DNA of 64,000 nt from Planctomycetota bacterium (GTDB taxonomy: Bacteria; Planctomycetota; PLA2; JAEUHO01), in contig CBDCWP010000030.1 of assembly GCA_965223505.1 (NCBI GenBank), forward strand, positions 128,001 through 192,000, given 5' to 3'. The notes under the pieces are model-generated. The model was not told the DNA's origin. It did no database searches and was given only the letters and a program-made list of their open reading frames with translations. The translations under genes and the position numbers were made by a program. Below, piece after piece: positions 63,216 through 64,000 of this stretch; within the stretch, counting starts at the first letter, position 1; the number at the start of each line of letters is the position of its first letter.

Positions 63216-64000
63216 CTACTTGCGGACCGGGATCTGTAGCTCCCAGTACTGCTTCGAAGCGGGGACCATCGGGCTGTTGTAGCCGAGCACGCGCCAGTCG
63301 CCGGCGCTCTCCCAGCCGTCCATCTTCATGCGCGCCTCGATGATGCCCTTGGCGCGTTCGATGTCGCGGCTGTCGCGCCGCCCGCGGATGCCGATGCTCA
63401 ACACCTGCATGGAGTCCAGGTCGAGGACCTCGACGCTGCCCTGGCGGCCGGCCTTGCCCTGTTCCGGCCCCTCGTAGAGGAACGCCATGTCGCGCATGCG
63501 CATGTCGGCGTCCATGGTCATCTCGACGGGCGCGGTCATCTCGACGTTGTTCTTCTTGATGTGGTTGAAGAGCGTCCAGAACGAGTTGCGCCCCTCCGCG
63601 CGCGCGGCGCGGTAGTTGGGGTAGCGCTTGAGCGACACGCGGCCGACGGGCCCCGGCTTGGGGAAGCCCTTCGGCAGGGACGCCTCGAGCAGCGGCTCGA
63701 ACGCCTCGTTCGTGAGGATCTCGTCGAACGCCTCGCGCAGGTTCCAGGCGCGCTCCGATGCGTCGTTCGCGCGCTTCGTCATGGCGGAGCGCAGCTGCAT
63801 GCGGTCCCACTCCGACAGCGAGTCCCCCGCGTTCATCAAGCGCTCGGCGGCCTCGTGATAGATCTCTGCGCAGCGCTCGGGGTGACCGTCGTTGTAGATC
63901 GGCGCGCCCTTGTTGATGGCGACCGTGAGCACCTCGCGAACGTCGAGGCGCGGCTGCATGGGCTCGAAGGCGAGCGGCATCTTCTTGTGAGCGGACGCGA
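63216..64000 (-). CDS. SOUL heme-binding domain protein (5' end probably beyond the window)
   Basis: K.YP.YRAA, FW.LF.HI....V.MTAPVEM, MAFLY, R.LGYNSP, WE.QIPV; frame is open to the window end. Confidence 0.8.
   Translation of the reverse strand, partial: ASAHKKMPLAFEPMQPRLDVREVLTVAINKGAPIYNDGHPERCAEIYHEAAERLMNAGDSLSEWDRMQLRSAMTKRANDASERAWNLREAFDEILTNEAFEPLLEASLPKGFPKPGPVGRVSLKRYPNYRAARAEGRNSFWTLFNHIKKNNVEMTAPVEMTMDADMRMRDMAFLYEGPEQGKAGRQGSVEVLDLDSMQVLSIGIRGRRDSRDIERAKGIIEARMKMDGWESAGDWRVLGYNSPMVPASKQYWELQIPVRK

Overview
A high-GC window, most consistent with a Planctomycetota chromosome (inferred from the RpoZ type, stand-alone CoaC, RNase HII variant, DUF11/OmcB-like protein and Rieske/b6/multiheme cluster). 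The left end holds a ParA ATPase and waaF. Next is a ~16.5 kb minus-strand respiratory cluster: HEAT protein, Rieske, cytochrome b6, subunit IV, octaheme cytochrome c, two cupredoxin-like proteins, CcoN, a tri-heme CcoO fusion, DsbD_2/TauE-like protein, CcoI, CcoS and a 54-aa CcoP-N-terminus-like peptide missed by the ORF track. The middle is housekeeping (aroF, tpiA, secG, yicC, gmk, rpoZ, coaC, ftsK, rimO, pgsA, pgpA, fhs), with a motor-less FtsK paralogue and an accessory block between ftsK and rimO. The right end has assorted enzymes. The top finding is a secreted 7-bladed WD40 gene (54703-55719) with two in-frame TGA codons spaced as TGA-Gly-Pro-TGA (thioredoxin CGPC-like UxxU), followed by a bacterial SECIS-like hairpin: a candidate new di-selenocysteine protein family. 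Three homopolymer frameshifts are probably assembly errors. No rRNA, tRNA, CRISPR array or transposase was recognised. All family assignments come from motif recognition by eye, not database searches.
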